64,000 nucleotides of DNA, taken from assembly GCF_009914755.1 (NCBI RefSeq), contig NC_060937.1; one strand, 5' to 3'. The DNA comes from the human T2T-CHM13v2.0 reference genome, Homo sapiens. Within the stretch, counting starts at the first letter, position 1, and every line of letters begins with the position of its first letter. Position numbers and translations under genes: made by a program. The notes beneath the pieces were generated by a model. It saw nothing but the letters and a program-made list of their open reading frames with translations, did no database searches and was not told where the DNA came from. This document shows positions 1 through 21,104 of this stretch, one piece after another.

Positions 1-37
1 GGAACTCAGGGCCCATCCCCCTTAAGAGATTCGTATC

Positions 38-354
<317 letters not shown>

Positions 355-469
355 TCAGAGTTTCTTGATGCCATTTCTGTGCAGTTTTTGGGACTGGTTG
401 TGTGTGTGGTTCTTGGACTTAGACATGTCTGCATCGTAAGCCGTGGCTTCCTGGAAGTGGAAGCTAATG

Positions 470-1485
470 TCTTTAATTTTTTTAAATGTACAGTTCAGTA
501 GTCTTAACTATTGTCTTGCAGCAACAGATCTCTAGAACTTTTTTATCTTGCAAAATTGAAACTCAATGCCTATTAATCACTAATGCCCTCTCCCCCGGTT
601 AGAAACTACCTTTCTACTTTCTGTCTCTGTGATTTTTGACTGATTTGGATACTTCATATGAGTAGAGTCGTACAGTATTTGTCTTTTTGTGACCGGCTTA
701 TTTCACTTAGCATAATGTCCTGGAGGTTTATCCATGCTGTAGCATGTGACAGGATTTCTTTATTTTTTTAAGGCTGTATAACATTCTGTTATTGCGTGTA
801 TATACCATATTTTCTTTATCCATTCATCAGTGAACATTTGAGTTGCTTCTGCCTTGTGGCTGGTGTGAAAAAATGAACATGGGTGTGCAAGTATCTCTTT
901 GAGATTCTGCTTTGAATTCTTTGGATATATATCCAGAAGTGGATTGTTGGAGCAAACAGTAATTCTGTTTTTAATTTTTTGAGAAAACGCTGTATTGTTG
1001 TCCACAATGGCTGCCACATTTTACACGCCCACCAACAGTGCACAAGGGTTCCAATTTCTCTACATCCTTGCCAACTCTTGTTATTTTGTGTTCTTTTGAC
1101 AGTGACCATCCTACAGGGTGCGAGAAGATGGCTCGTTGTGGCTTTGATTTGCATTTCTCTTATGAATAGTGGTGTTGAACATCTTTTCGCATGCCTGTTG
1201 GCATTTGTATACCTTCTTTAGAGAAATGTCTGTTCAAGTCCTTTGCCAATGTTTTATTCTGGTTGTAATTGTGGTTGTTGTTGATGTCCAGTTGTAGGAG
1301 TTTCTTATGTAATCTGAAGATGAACCCTTATCAGATATGTGATTTGCAAATATATTCTCCCGTTCTGTAGGTTGATTTTTTTATTCTGTTGAATGTTTCT
1401 TTTGATGCACAGACGTTTTTTAAGTTCGATGTTGTCCCATTTGTCTATTTTTGCTTTTATTGCTTGTGCTTTTGATGGCATATTT
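470..1485 (-). mobile_element. Old L1M 3' fragment
   Basis: Minus-strand ORFs 760..1154 give L1 ORF2 C-terminal-like peptides (GTLVHCWWACK), and typical L1 3' UTR text follows. Confidence 0.8.
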
Positions 1486-2135
1486 GCTTCTCGTTCTTGA
1501 TACCTCTGCTGCCCTTAACAAACCCACAAAGATTTTAATAAATTAAATCAATAAATGAATGAATATGCCATAAATAAAAAAGAACAGAAAGCCTTCTACT
1601 TAATTAAGTGGCAGGACTTACTCAACCATCAGCTCCCAGTTGAAATTTCACCTGGGCTTCCTTGTACAGTGCTCCTTCTTCCCCTCCTTGCCTCATTAGT
1701 GACTTCCCTTCCTCTGCATCCCAGTTTAAGTGTCACATCCTAGAGAAGCCTTCTTGGTCTTCTCTGACTTAGATCCTCTGTTTTGTCATCTCATGTGGCC
1801 TATATCTTTCTCATTCATAATCAACACTGTTGTTCCACATTGATATATAATTTAACTATTTGATTAATATCAGTCCCCTTTAATTAATTATAACATCAAA
1901 AAGAATGAAGAGTGTGTCTGATTTTGCTCTCATTTCTCACAGCTAAAACTGTGTCTGGCACATAGTAAATGCTCATTAAATACTTATGAAATGTAGGAAG
2001 ATTTACTATGAGTAGAAGAAGAGAATAGGATAATGGATCCTGGGCTTGGGCTTGAGTTTTTGATATCCCAGGTGCAGAGCAATGAAGGAGAAAACAATGC
2101 CTGCCCCTGGACTCTTTTTTGGAAGACTAACAGTA

Positions 2136-2169
2136 GTGTGTGTGTGTATGTGTGTGTGTGTGTGTGTGT
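2136..2169. repeat. (TG)n microsatellite
   Basis: About 17 TG units with one TA interruption. Confidence 0.95.
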
Positions 2170-3053
2170 AGTGAGGGTGGACTGGGTGGTGATGCATGTT
2201 CATAGAGAAGTGGCAGGCATGTTAAAGGGGCTGAAGAGACAGAGTATGATCCACAAAACTTCCACTGTAAGGGTAAAACTAAGGCTTATTCTTATTTTTA
2301 CGTGGGATTTAATTATTTGACGGTATATGTGGCACAGACTCTAATCCCATTATAAGGGCTTTTTTACATTTAAATTTTATTTATTTATTTCATTTTTATA
2401 TATTTTTGTAGTTTGTGATGGGGGTGTTTGATTTTGTGACACCTGATCCCCATAGAACTAAATGGGCCCCATTCTTTTTGAATAGCAGCTATTTAAGTTA
2501 AAGATAAATTTAATTTTGATTTGGAAGCTGTGTAATACTTTCTGAAATAAAAGCAACAACCTAGGGAAGCTCAGAATAATAGTTGGGGTTTACCGCTAAT
2601 AACGGGAAAACAAACCCTTAGTTTAAAGCCAAGTTTTGGCCTCAAATTGGCTAGAAAATGTCTCTCCTTTCCTTTAAAGGACAGGCTGAAGCCATGAGAC
2701 CAGCAAGACCCCTGCCTGTGTGCTGCCTGTCTGAAATGTGCTAATTTTTTTCCTCATAACTGTGAAGTGATTAACACGTTGCCTTTTTGCCATTTTCATG
2801 GTATTATCATCTTTATAATGGCTAATAAATCTTATGCTCTTCGATCCACACATTGCTCTTTCATTTAACTTTAATTTATAGAACCCTAGGAGAAATTAAA
2901 GAGATATTCAAAATACTTTAAATGCTAATAAAAGAATATCTCTAAAAGCATTTTCTGTACACATAAAATGTTTCATGTGCACACAGAATCTTAAACATTT
3001 GACCTAATCACTTTTCTTCCTTGATGATGTATTTCTATGTTCACATATCATTT

Positions 3054-3499
3054 TTAAAATTTTTAATTTTAGTTCTGGGGTACAAGCGCAGGATGTACAG
3101 GTTCGTTACATAGGTAAATGTGTGCCATGGTGGTTTGCTGCACCTATCAACCCATCACCTAGGTATTAAGACCAGCATCCATTAGCTATTTGTCCTGATC
3201 CTCTCCCTCTCCCCACCCTCCCTTCCCAACAGGCTTCAATGTGTGTTGTTCCCCTCCCTGTGTCCATGTGTTCTCATTGTTTAGCTCCCACTCATAAGTG
3301 AGAACATGCAATATTTGGTTTTCTGTTCCTGTGTGTGTTTGCTGAGGATAATGGCTTCCAACTTCATCCATGTCACTGCAAAGGACATGATCTCATTCCT
3401 TTTTATGGCTGCATAGTATTCCATGGCATATATATACCACATTTTCTTTATCCAGTCTTGTTCATGGGCATTTGGGTTGATTCCATGTCTTTTCTATTG
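3054..3499 (-). mobile_element. 5'-truncated L1PA-type element with TSD
   Basis: L1PA 3' UTR text (gttacataggtaaatgtgtgccatggtggtttgctgcacc); 15-bp TSD gttcacatatcattt at 3039-3053 and 3500-3514. Confidence 0.85.
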
Positions 3500-3561
3500 G
3501 TTCACATATCATTTAATGAGTCTTAGGTCTATTTTTTAGCCCTCTGTTGACAATAGTTAGG

Positions 3562-6436
<2,875 letters not shown>

Positions 6437-6473
6437 TTAGAGTTTTCATTTTGAGATACCTGAAGATTTACAT

Positions 6474-6825
6474 GGGTTATGGACTGAATGTTTGTGTCTC
6501 TCTAAAATTCTTATGTTGAAATCCTAACCCCCAATATGATTGTATTAGGAGGTGGGCCTTCGAGAGGTAATTAGGTCATGAGAGTAGAGCCTTCATGAAT
6601 AGGATTAGTGTCCTTATAATAGAGAACCCACTCTCCCTCTCTGCCAAATTAGAGCACCATGAGAACACAGCTTACTGCAAATGAGGAAGAGTCCTTCACC
6701 AGACCATGGATCTGTGGGCACCTTGACCTTGGACTTCCCAACCTCCAGAAATGTGAGAAATAAATGTATGTTGTTTAAGCCACCCCAGTATATAGTGTTC
6801 TGTTATAGCAGCCTGAACAATGACA
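6474..6825 (+). mobile_element. MLT1A-type MaLR solo LTR
   Basis: tatggactgaatgtttgtgtc...aaaattcttatgttgaaatcctaacccccaa...ttggacttcccaacctccagaaatgtgagaaataaat. Confidence 0.8.
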
Positions 6826-8846
6826 AAATGCAATTTTAAGAAATTATACAGAAAGATCTCAGTGTTCTTTGCCCAGTTTCCCCCAGTGGTAGCATCCTGC
6901 AAAACTATGGTATAAGACCAAAACCAGGATATTTACACTGATACAATTAAGATACAGGACATTTCCATCACCACAGGATCCCTCCTGCTGCTTCTTTATA
7001 GCCACATCCACTTCTTTCCTACTCCAACACTTTCACTAATCATTAATTCATTCTCTATTTCTATAAATCTGTCCTTTCAATAATGTTTTATAAATAGAAT
7101 CATACGGTATGTATGCTTTTTTTCCACTCAGCATAATAATCTGGAGATTAATTAAGGCTATTGAGTATATCAATAATTGTCCCTTTTGGTTGCTGAGTAG
7201 TATAGCATGGTACGGATACACTCCAGTTTGTTTAACCATTCATCTGTAGGAGGACTTCTGGGATATTTCCAGTTTGTGGCTATTATGAGTAAAGCTGCTA
7301 TAAACATTTATGTAAAGTTTTTGTGTGAACATAAATCTTCATTTCTTTGAGATAAATGCACAAGAGCACAATTGCTGGGTCGTGTAATAGTTGCATGTGT
7401 TGTTTTTAAAGAAATTGCCAAAATACTTACCAAAGTGGCCATACCATTTTACATGCCCACCGGCAATATATGCATCATCTAGTTTCTCTGCATCCTTGTC
7501 AGCATTTATCATTGTCATTATTTTTTGTTTTAACCATTCTGCTAGGGGTATAGTAGATATCTCATTGTGGTATTAATTTGTGTTTTGGTAATGGCTAATG
7601 ATGTTGAGTATGGTTTCATGTGCTTATTTGTTACCTGTATATCTTTCTTTGGTAGACATCTCTTCGTACTTTTGACCACTTTTAAATTGAATTGTTTATT
7701 TATTTACTTTTTTACTGTTGAGTTTTAAGATATCTTAATATATTTAAGATACTAGTTCTTTGTTGGATATGTGGATTTGGGGTATTTTCTTCCACTCTCT
7801 AACTTGTCTTTTCATCCTCTTAACAGGGTGTTTCATAGAGCAAGAGGTTTTAATTTTGATGAAGTCCAATTTAATTTTTCCTTTTATTGATTGTGACTTA
7901 GGTATAAAGTATAAGATCTCTTTGTCTAGTTCTAGATCCCAAAGATTTTCTCCTGTGTTTTTCTTTCCAAAAGTCTGACATTTTACATTTAAGCTATGAC
8001 CCATTTTGAGTTAAGTTTTGTGTAAGGTGTGAGACTTAGGTTATTCAATTTTTGCCTATAAATGTCCAGTTTTCCCAGTACCAATTGTTCAAAAGATTGT
8101 GTCCTTCACTAAAGTGCAATTGTACCTTCATTGAAAATCAGTTGGGTCCAGGTATAGCAGCTCACTTGTAATTTCAGCATTTTGGGAAGCCAAGGTGGGA
8201 GGATTGCTTGAGGCCGGGAGTTTGAGACCAGCCTAGGCAACATTGAGAGATCCTGTCTCTACTAAATGTTTTTAAAAAATCAGTTGGGCATGTTCATATG
8301 GGCCTATTTCTGGGTTCTCTATTCTGTTCTGTTGATTGATCTGTATCTATCTATCCACCAATAGTGTCAATCTTGATTACTGTAGCTATCTAATAAGTTT
8401 TGAAGTCAAAAAGGTTGATTCTTCCTCCTTTTTCAAAATTGTTGTAGTTATTCTAGTTCCTTTATCTTTTCATATAAATTTTAGAATAATCTTGTCTACA
8501 TCTACTAAAATTCTTGCTGAGATTTTGATAGAAATTGTATTAAGCCTGTACATCAATTTTGGGAGAATTGACATCTTTACTATGTTGAGTCTTCCAATTT
8601 AGGAATATGGTATATGTCTCTCCATTTACTTAGATCTTCTTTGATTTCTTTATCAGCATTGTAGAGTTTTGTGTATACATGATTTACACCTATTTCCTCT
8701 TTTTTTGGTTGATTATAAATGATATTGCATGTATAATTTCAGTGTCCATGTGTTCATTGCTAGTATATATAAATACAATAAATTTTTGTATGTTTATCTT
8801 GTATTCTGTGACTTCATTTTTTTATTTTTTATTTTTTATTTTTTGA

Positions 8847-8981
<135 letters not shown>

Positions 8982-11011
8982 TAATTTTGCATTGTTAGTA
9001 GAGATGGGGTTTCTCCATGTTGGTCAGGCTGGTCTCAAACTCCCGACCTCAGGTGATCCACCTGCCTCGGCTTCCCAAAGTGTTGGGATTACAGGCATGA
9101 GCCACTGTGCCCAGCCTCTGTGACTTTAATGAATTCACTTATTAGTTCTAGGTGGATTTTTTTTGATAGGTTCCTTAGAATTTTCTATGTAGACAATCAT
9201 GTGATCTACAAATACAGAGTTTTTATTTCTTCCTTTCTGGTCTGTATGTCTTTTATTCCCCTTTATTGACTAAAACTTCCAATACTATATTGAATAAGAA
9301 TGTGGTAAGAGTAGACATCCTTGCCTTGTTCCTGCCCTAAGAGGAAAATACTCAGTTTTTCACCATTAAGTATAATGTTTTATGTAGGTTTTATGTGCTT
9401 ACATTTTATCAAGTTGAGGAAGTTCCCCTCTATTTCTAGTTTTCTGAGGGTTTTATTGTGAATGGATGTTGAACTTTGTCAAATGGTTTTTGTGGGAATC
9501 AACTGATATAATCATATAATTTTCTTCCTCAGCCTGTTAATATAATGAATTATGTTGATTGTTTTTCAAATAATGAGCTAGCTTTGCAGATGTATAATAA
9601 GTCACACTTGGTCGTGATGGGTAAATCTTTTAAAATATTCCCAAATTCTCTTTGATAATATTTTATTAAGGATTTTCATGCCTGTATTCATGAGAGATAC
9701 TGGTCTGTAGTTTTGTTTTCTTGTTCTCTTGTTCTGGTTTTTGGTATCTGTTCTATTTTCTGGAAGAGAGTATGTAGAACTGGTGTTAATTCTTTTTCTT
9801 TAAATGATTGGTAAAATTTTCCTGTAAAACTGTCTGAGAGAGAAGTATTGAAATCTCCAACTATAATTCATCTGTTTTTCCTTGCACTTGTGTCCGTTTT
9901 GCCTCATGCATTTTGCAGATCTGTTGTTTGGGACACGCACACTTGATTTCTATGTTTTCTTGGTGGATTGAATCTTTTTTACTACATAATATCCCACTCT
10001 GAGTCTAGTAATTTGTTTGATATAAAGTCTTTTATCTGATATTATAATAGCCACTCCTGCTTTCCTTTGATTAAAGTTTGTATGATATCTTTTTCCATTT
10101 TATACTTTCAACCTGCTTATATTCTTATATTTGTAGTGAGTTTCTTGTAGACAGCATAGAGTTAGGTCATGTTTTTAAATACTCTCTGCTAATCTCTTTT
10201 ACTTGAATTTAGATTAGTTATATTTAATGTAATATATTCTTGATATGCTTAAGGCTTAAATCTGTCATTACTTTTGCTTGTTTTATGTCTGGGTTTTGTT
10301 TGTCTTTTCTTTTTTTGAAATAGGGTCTTACTCTGTCACCCAAGCTGGAGTGCAGTGGTGCAATCATGGCTCACTGCACCTCAACTCCTGGGCTGAAGTC
10401 ATCTTCTTGCCTCAGCCTCCCAAGTAGCTGGGGCTACAGGTGCATGCCACCAAGCCTGGCTATTTTATTTATTTATTTATTTTTATTGAGATGGGGTGTC
10501 ACTATGTTGATCAGGCTAGTCTCAAACTCCTAGTCTCAAGCAATCCTCCAGCCACAGCCTTCTAAAGTGCTGGGATTACACACATAAGCCATCATGTCTG
10601 GCCTTCTGTTTTGTTTTATATTTCTGTTTTCTTTTTCTGCCATCCTGTGGTTAGATGAACAATTTTTAGAATTCAATTTTTGTTTATTCATAGTGTTTTT
10701 GAGTATATCTATTTATATAGCTTTTTCGTGATTTCTCTAGGTATTACATTATACATAACTCATCACATTTTACTGGTGTTATTTTACCGGTTGGAGAGAA
10801 GTATAGAAACATATCTGTTTTTCTCCCTTTACCTTCCCTCATTTATAACAATCTAATATACGTCCTCTGCATACGTTTAAAACTACATCAGTGTTACAAT
10901 TTTTGCTTCCACAATCAATTTTTAAAACTCAAAAGGAGAAGGAAAGTTTATTTATTTATTTTAGTTTACCATATGCCTTCTTTCTCCCTGATGTTTCAAG
11001 GTTCCCTTTTT

Positions 11012-12767
11012 GGTTTTTTGGCAGTTTCTAAGACATTTTATTTAGAATTTTGCATTTGTTTCCTGAATCAATAAATGCTATACAACACAATGTAAACATG
11101 GCTACCATTTTCTGTTCCCTGCTTCCCCCTACCTGGGGACAATCCCCTGGCAACCTTACTCAGGAGTTTTAGGGGTTCTCCCTCCAGATTTGGTCCAGAA
11201 AATGAGGTTGAGTGACATAGTCCCTCGAATCACTTTCAAAGGAGGTCAGCTGAGGTGAGGAGTGTGCTCTCTCTGGGATCTGGAGGTTACTAGATTGGGG
11301 AAATGGATTAGTGATTTTTGGGAGAAGGGCTGGTGCCTGGGGCAAGGGCCTACCCCAAAGAAAAGGGTGTCTAAAATGTTCACGTTTCCTTCTTTTGCCT
11401 CAAAAAGTGACATTTATTCAAAGAAAAAAAATGACAAGATGTCCATCCCTTGGCTCCCCTTCCCTCCCCACCCCTGCTGCTCCTCAGCCCCTCGAGACTG
11501 AACCCTGGCTGGGGCTGGGAAGCAGGACAACCCCTTAGGTGAGGTCAGCAACATTGAGGGGCATTTCCTCAATGGAGGTGTTGTAGAAGATCTCAATGTC
11601 TCAAAGAGTCCTCTTGTCTTCTGCCACCATGTTAATAGCCACACCTTTATGGCCAAACTGTCCACCTCGACCGATTCTGTGGATATAGTTTTCCCTGTTC
11701 GTGGGAAGGTCGTAGTTGATGACTAAAGAAAGCTGCTGCACATCAATGCCTCTGGGCAGCAGGTCAGTGGTAATCAAAACTCTGCTAGAGCCAGAACGAT
11801 ACTCCCTCATGACCACATCTCGTTCCTTTTGGTCCATATCTCCATGCATGGCAGAGACAGTAAAATCTTGGGCATGCATCTTCTGGGTTAGCCAGTCCTC
11901 CTTCCTTCAGGTGTTGATGAAGATGACTGCCTGGGTGATGGTCAGGGTTTCATTCAAGTCACACAGTTGTGTCCAGCTTCCACTCCTTTTGTTCCACGTT
12001 GATGTATAATTGGTGGATACCCTTCAGGGTTAACTCTTCCTTCTTGACAAGAATCCGAATGGGGTCCCTCATGAACTTCTTGGTCACCTCAAGTACATCA
12101 GAAGGAATTGTAGCTGACAGCAAAACTACCTGGGTGTTGCTATTGAGCATTTGGAATATGTCACAGATCTGGTCCTTGAATCTATGGCTTAACATTTCGT
12201 CAGCTTCGTCCAGTACAAACATCTTGATGTATTTAGGAGACAGATATCTCCAGTTAAGCATGTCAGACACACGGCCAGGGGTACCCATGATGATATGGGG
12301 AGCTTCCATCTGCAGTTTCTGTACCTTAGCACACATGTTGATGCACCTAATACAGGCATGACAGGAGACACCCATGTAGTCTCCCAGTGCCGTGATCACC
12401 TTCTGTATCTGCTAAGCCAATTCTCGAGTAGGTGCTAGGACCAAGGCCTGGGTGGCCTTTAGATCTAATTCAATCTGCTGCAGAATCAATATGGCAAATG
12501 TGGCCATTTTCGCAGTCCCAGATTGGGCTTGAGCGATCACATCATAACCCTTGGTCAAGGTAGAATGGCTCACTGCTGGATGTCAGAGGGCTTCCCAAAA
12601 CCATGGGCATAGGTGCCACAGAGGAGGGACTCCGAGAAGCTCATGTCATCAAAGCTGTCAACAATCTCATTCCAGTTACTCTCGATGATGCCCTCAGGCT
12701 CCATCCCATCAGGGCCATTGTCTCTGGATCAGGAATCCTGACTCGCTCATGATCCTTAGAAACTAGC
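11012..12767 (-). pseudogene. Full-length processed pseudogene of EIF4A1 (DEAD-box helicase eIF4A-I)
   Basis: Intronless. The 5' UTR CTAGTTTCTAAGGATC precedes ATG (12750-12748). Motifs [19 protein letters not shown] and HRIGRGG are visible. Stop at 11537-11535, AATAAA at 11042-11037, decayed A-tail, and 15-bp TSD caaggttcccttttt (10997-11011, 12768-12782). Disabled by a frameshift just after the ATG, Walker A changed to GTAKM, and TAG at 12414-12412. Confidence 0.95.
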
Positions 12768-14367
12768 CAAGGTTCCCTTTTTTATTGTCTCCTTTCTATT
12801 TAGAGAATTTTGCTTAGCCATTCTTTCACAGTAGGTCTGTGGGTATTAAATTCCGTTAACTTTCTTTCCTCTGAGAATGTTTTGATTTCCCTTTCATTCT
12901 TGAATTATTATTTTTTTTGCTAAGTATAGGATTCTCCGTTAATAGTTTCTTTCTTTTAGCAATGGAAAAATATTATGACATGTCCTTCTGATCACCATGA
13001 TTTCTGATGATAAATTAATTATCTGTCATTCTAATGGTTTTCTTCTGATAAATAAAGTGTCACTGGTTTTCAGCAGTTTAAGTATGATGTGTTTTGGTGT
13101 GGATATCTTTGGGTTGATCCTATTAACAGCTGAACCTGTAGGTTTTCATCTATTGTCAAGTTTGGGAAGTTTTCAGTCAATATTTCTTCAAGTATTTTTT
13201 CAGCCTTTCAGGGATTCTAATGACACAAATGCTAGATCTTTTTTATATATAGTCTCACAAGTTTTTGAGGTTCTGTATTTTTTGTTCAATTTTCTCTCTT
13301 TTGATCAGATTGTTCTATCTCCTAGTTTACTGATTGTTTCCTCTGTCCCCTTCATTCCACTATCAAGTTCATTCACTGAGCTTTTCATTTCAGTTATTCT
13401 ATTTTTAAGTTCTAAAATTTCCACTTGGTTCTTCTTTATACTTCTATTTATTTGCTGAGGCTTTCTATTTTCTTCATTTGCTTTAAGAACGTTTGCAATT
13501 ACATTGAAACTGTTTTGTCATGGCTGCTTTAAAAAAATCTTGGCCAGATAATTCTATTATCTCTATAATCTTATTATTGGCATCTATTGATTATCCTTTT
13601 TTATTCAAGTGAGTTTACTTGGTTCTTGGTTTGATAAGTGATTTCCTTTTAAATCTGGATTTCTAAATGTTTGGAGACTCTGGGTCTTATTTGAACCTTT
13701 TGTTTTAGCTGGCTTTTCCTGATACCACTCCATTGCCAGGTAGAGGTGTAAGTACAGATGCCCCACTAGGTCTCTACTGACACCAGAGAGGAGGACTACT
13801 ACTGGTGTTGGGCAGGGGTGAGAGGTCTGGCTTACTACAAGGTCTTCACTGTCACTGTGATGGGGCAGCCTCATCACCACTGGGCCACGAGAGAAACAAA
13901 ACCTACTCTGACACATGACTAACTCTCTGCTTGGCCTCCTCTGACACCACCCCAATAAACACTTGTTACTGCCGGGTAGGGGTGAAGACCACACCTCCCT
14001 GATGGTCTCCACTGGTATCATAGGAGTGGAGGACTCATTACAGGCTAGCAGGGATAAAAGTCCTGCACCCTACTTGTCTTCTCTGACATCACCCCAGTAG
14101 GGTGTTTGGTGACTAATTACAGCCTCATTAGAATTTGAGTTGTCTCCCCGCTCAGTCTTTGCTGGTATCAGTTGGGGAGTGGCCACCACTTTTCTGTAGT
14201 ATTGGTTGGAGTAGAATAGTTCTTGTCTAAATGTTTTTTTGTCTTGTAAGCCTGCCCCTTTCTCGGTCTTTTGGCAAGAGAGGCATTTATTGGGTCTTTT
14301 TCTTTTTGTCCATGTCCATTGGCATTTCCAGGTTGCCAGCTTCAGCTTCAAGTCTGGGATATAAGAG

Positions 14368-14420
14368 ACAAACAAACAAACAAAACAAACAAAAAACAAA
14401 AACAAACAAACAAAAAACAA
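14368..14420. repeat. (CAAA)n-like simple repeat
   Basis: acaaacaaacaaacaaaacaaacaaaaaacaaaaacaaacaaacaaaaaac. Confidence 0.85.
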
Positions 14421-14734
14421 GGAACTCACCTTTATGTCATTCCTTGGGCCTCAAGTTCCCTAGCCAGTTTGCCTTCTTCTTTTCACCTTTCAGAGTATAA
14501 TTATGTTTGTTGTATATATAATGTCCAGTGTTTTTAGTTGTACTTAGTAGGAGGAATAGGGGAAATTACATCTACTACTCTGTCTTCACAAAAGTGGAAT
14601 TCCTTACTTTACTTGTTTTTTTCCTCATCATATAATTATCATGATTCAACTGGCCCTTTCACTAAAATTCATAAGAAAACATTTCTATAGATCTCAAAAA
14701 ATACAATGTAAAATATAAATGTGTAGGATTGCTA

Positions 14735-15082
<348 letters not shown>

Positions 15083-16487
15083 TCAAAAGGAACTGACAGT
15101 ATATAAACTATCTTCCCAGATGGAGGTGATTTTACTTACATTGTAGTTGTGCGTTGTGCATGCGGAGTCCCATAGAGATGCAACAATTTAGGGGAAATTT
15201 TCCTAATTTTAGACTGCAAAGATTCATCCTTCCTCAGAACATATCTGGCTTCTTGATCTCATATTATTTGCATTGCAATTTAAATGTTTAACATATTCCT
15301 TTCTTTCTAAGTAGATCCCTCGAGAATAGACATTTTTTTAAAGTAGAACTGCTAGGCATTCAATCATTGAGTGGATGATGGAAGGACTTACACTTCATAG
15401 TGTATATAGTGCGATGTTAAGGACTTTTATTTTCCTTACAATTTTATTTCAAAAGATTTAAATAAATTCACACCACTGGAGAGTTGGGACATGTTTTGCA
15501 ATTACTATAGCTTTGGGGCCCTAGGTTTTACTATTTCTGCGATGATAGAAAAAGCTGCAGTGACATTCATCTACCCTGCACAGAGGTACATGTTGTTACT
15601 GTAATATTAATGGGTCAGAGATATAGACCTTATGACTTTGTTTTCCCCAGCAGTATTTTTGGTCTTTTTTTTTTTTTGAGATGGAGTTTCGCTCTTTCAC
15701 CCAGGTTGGAGTGAAGTGGCATGATCTTGGCTCACTGCAACCTTCATCCCCCGGGTTCAAGTGATTTTCCTGCGTCAGCATCCCGAGTAGCTGAGATTAC
15801 AGGTGCCCACCACCAGGCCCGGCTAATTTTTGTATTTTTAGTAGAGACAGGGTTTCGCCATGTTGACCAGGCTGGTCTCAAACTCTTGACCTCAAGTGAT
15901 TTACCCGCCTCTGCCTCCCAAAATGCTGGGATTATAGGCGTGAGCCACCGCGCCTGGCCCCAGCAGTATTTTTGAGGTGCATTGTGATACTGCTCAGGTA
16001 AGGACCTCTTTTGTTCCCCTTTGTCCTTTCTCAGTACTATCAGAATTTAGACAGGATCAAATCTAGGTAAAGTATTATGTTTTGTGACCATCAAAATACT
16101 AACTGGAGTTTTACTTCAAAATCAGCGAATCAAAAAGATATCACTTATTAGAGTCTATTATTGGATTAACAAAATAAATTTATCAATTTGTGGATTTGGC
16201 ACTTTTGAGACTGCACAAAAACAAACAAAAAACTGCACAAAAACACAATCAAAGCATTTTTGAGACTGCACAAAAACAAAAACAAAGCAGTCCTCTAGAC
16301 TTCTTCTTCAGGGGATTTAATTGTCAATAAAATGGATAATCTCGTTCATAGAATTATTTTTTCGATGAGTGAATTGAAATGGTAGCATTATCTAACCATT
16401 TCCTTTATTGAACAATCACAATTTAGGATGCTGTAGAGACAAACAAATAAAATAAGGCAAAGTTTCTGCTCTTAAGGAAATTATAAC

Positions 16488-16878
16488 TGATATGGTTTAG
16501 TTTTGTGTCCCCACCCAAATCTCATGTCAAATTGTAATCCCTAGTGTTGGAGGAGGGACCTGGTGGCAGATGATTGGATCTTAGTGGTAGATTTTCCCCT
16601 TGCTGTTCTCATGATAGTGAGTGAATTCTCAAGAGACATGGATGTTTAAAAGTGTATGGCGCCTCTCCGTTTGCTCTTTTCCTCCTTCTCCAGACATGAT
16701 TGTAAGTTTCCTGAGGCCCTTCACCTTCTGCCATGATTGTAAGTTTCCTGAGGCCTCCTCAGTTATGCTTCCTGTACACCTGTGGAACTATGAGTCAATT
16801 AAACCTCTTTTTTTTTTTTTAAATAAATTACTCAGTCTCAGGTAGTTCTTTATAGCAATCTGAGAAAGGACTAATAAA
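16488..16878 (+). mobile_element. MST/THE1-type MaLR solo LTR
   Basis: tgatatggtttagttttgtgtccccacccaaatctcat...agtctcaggtagttctttatagca. Confidence 0.85.
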
Positions 16879-16935
16879 ATAACTGAATAAAGAAGGTGGA
16901 ACATAGAACTGGAGAATCAACTACGAGTAGAAGTA

Positions 16936-20444
<3,509 letters not shown>

Positions 20445-20676
20445 TACATAACTATATGGAGATAGAGGATTACAGATGTCAAGAGACATTATTGTCCATA
20501 TGTGACCCTCAAGTCAAATAAGTTTCATATATATCTTATTCTATAAGAACAAGTGAGAAGACTTGACATAGACATGGCCAAGTTGTCTGAGGATCCTCAG
20601 GTTATACTGTTTTAATCATGCTCCATGTTCCTTTGTTTCCTATTTTTTATTTCAGTAGAAGCATGAATAATGGCTA

Positions 20677-21104
<428 letters not shown>

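Noticed and set aside
11716-12361. Plus-strand ORFs of 97 and 130 aa
   Set aside because: Antisense shadows of the EIF4A1 pseudogene reading frame.
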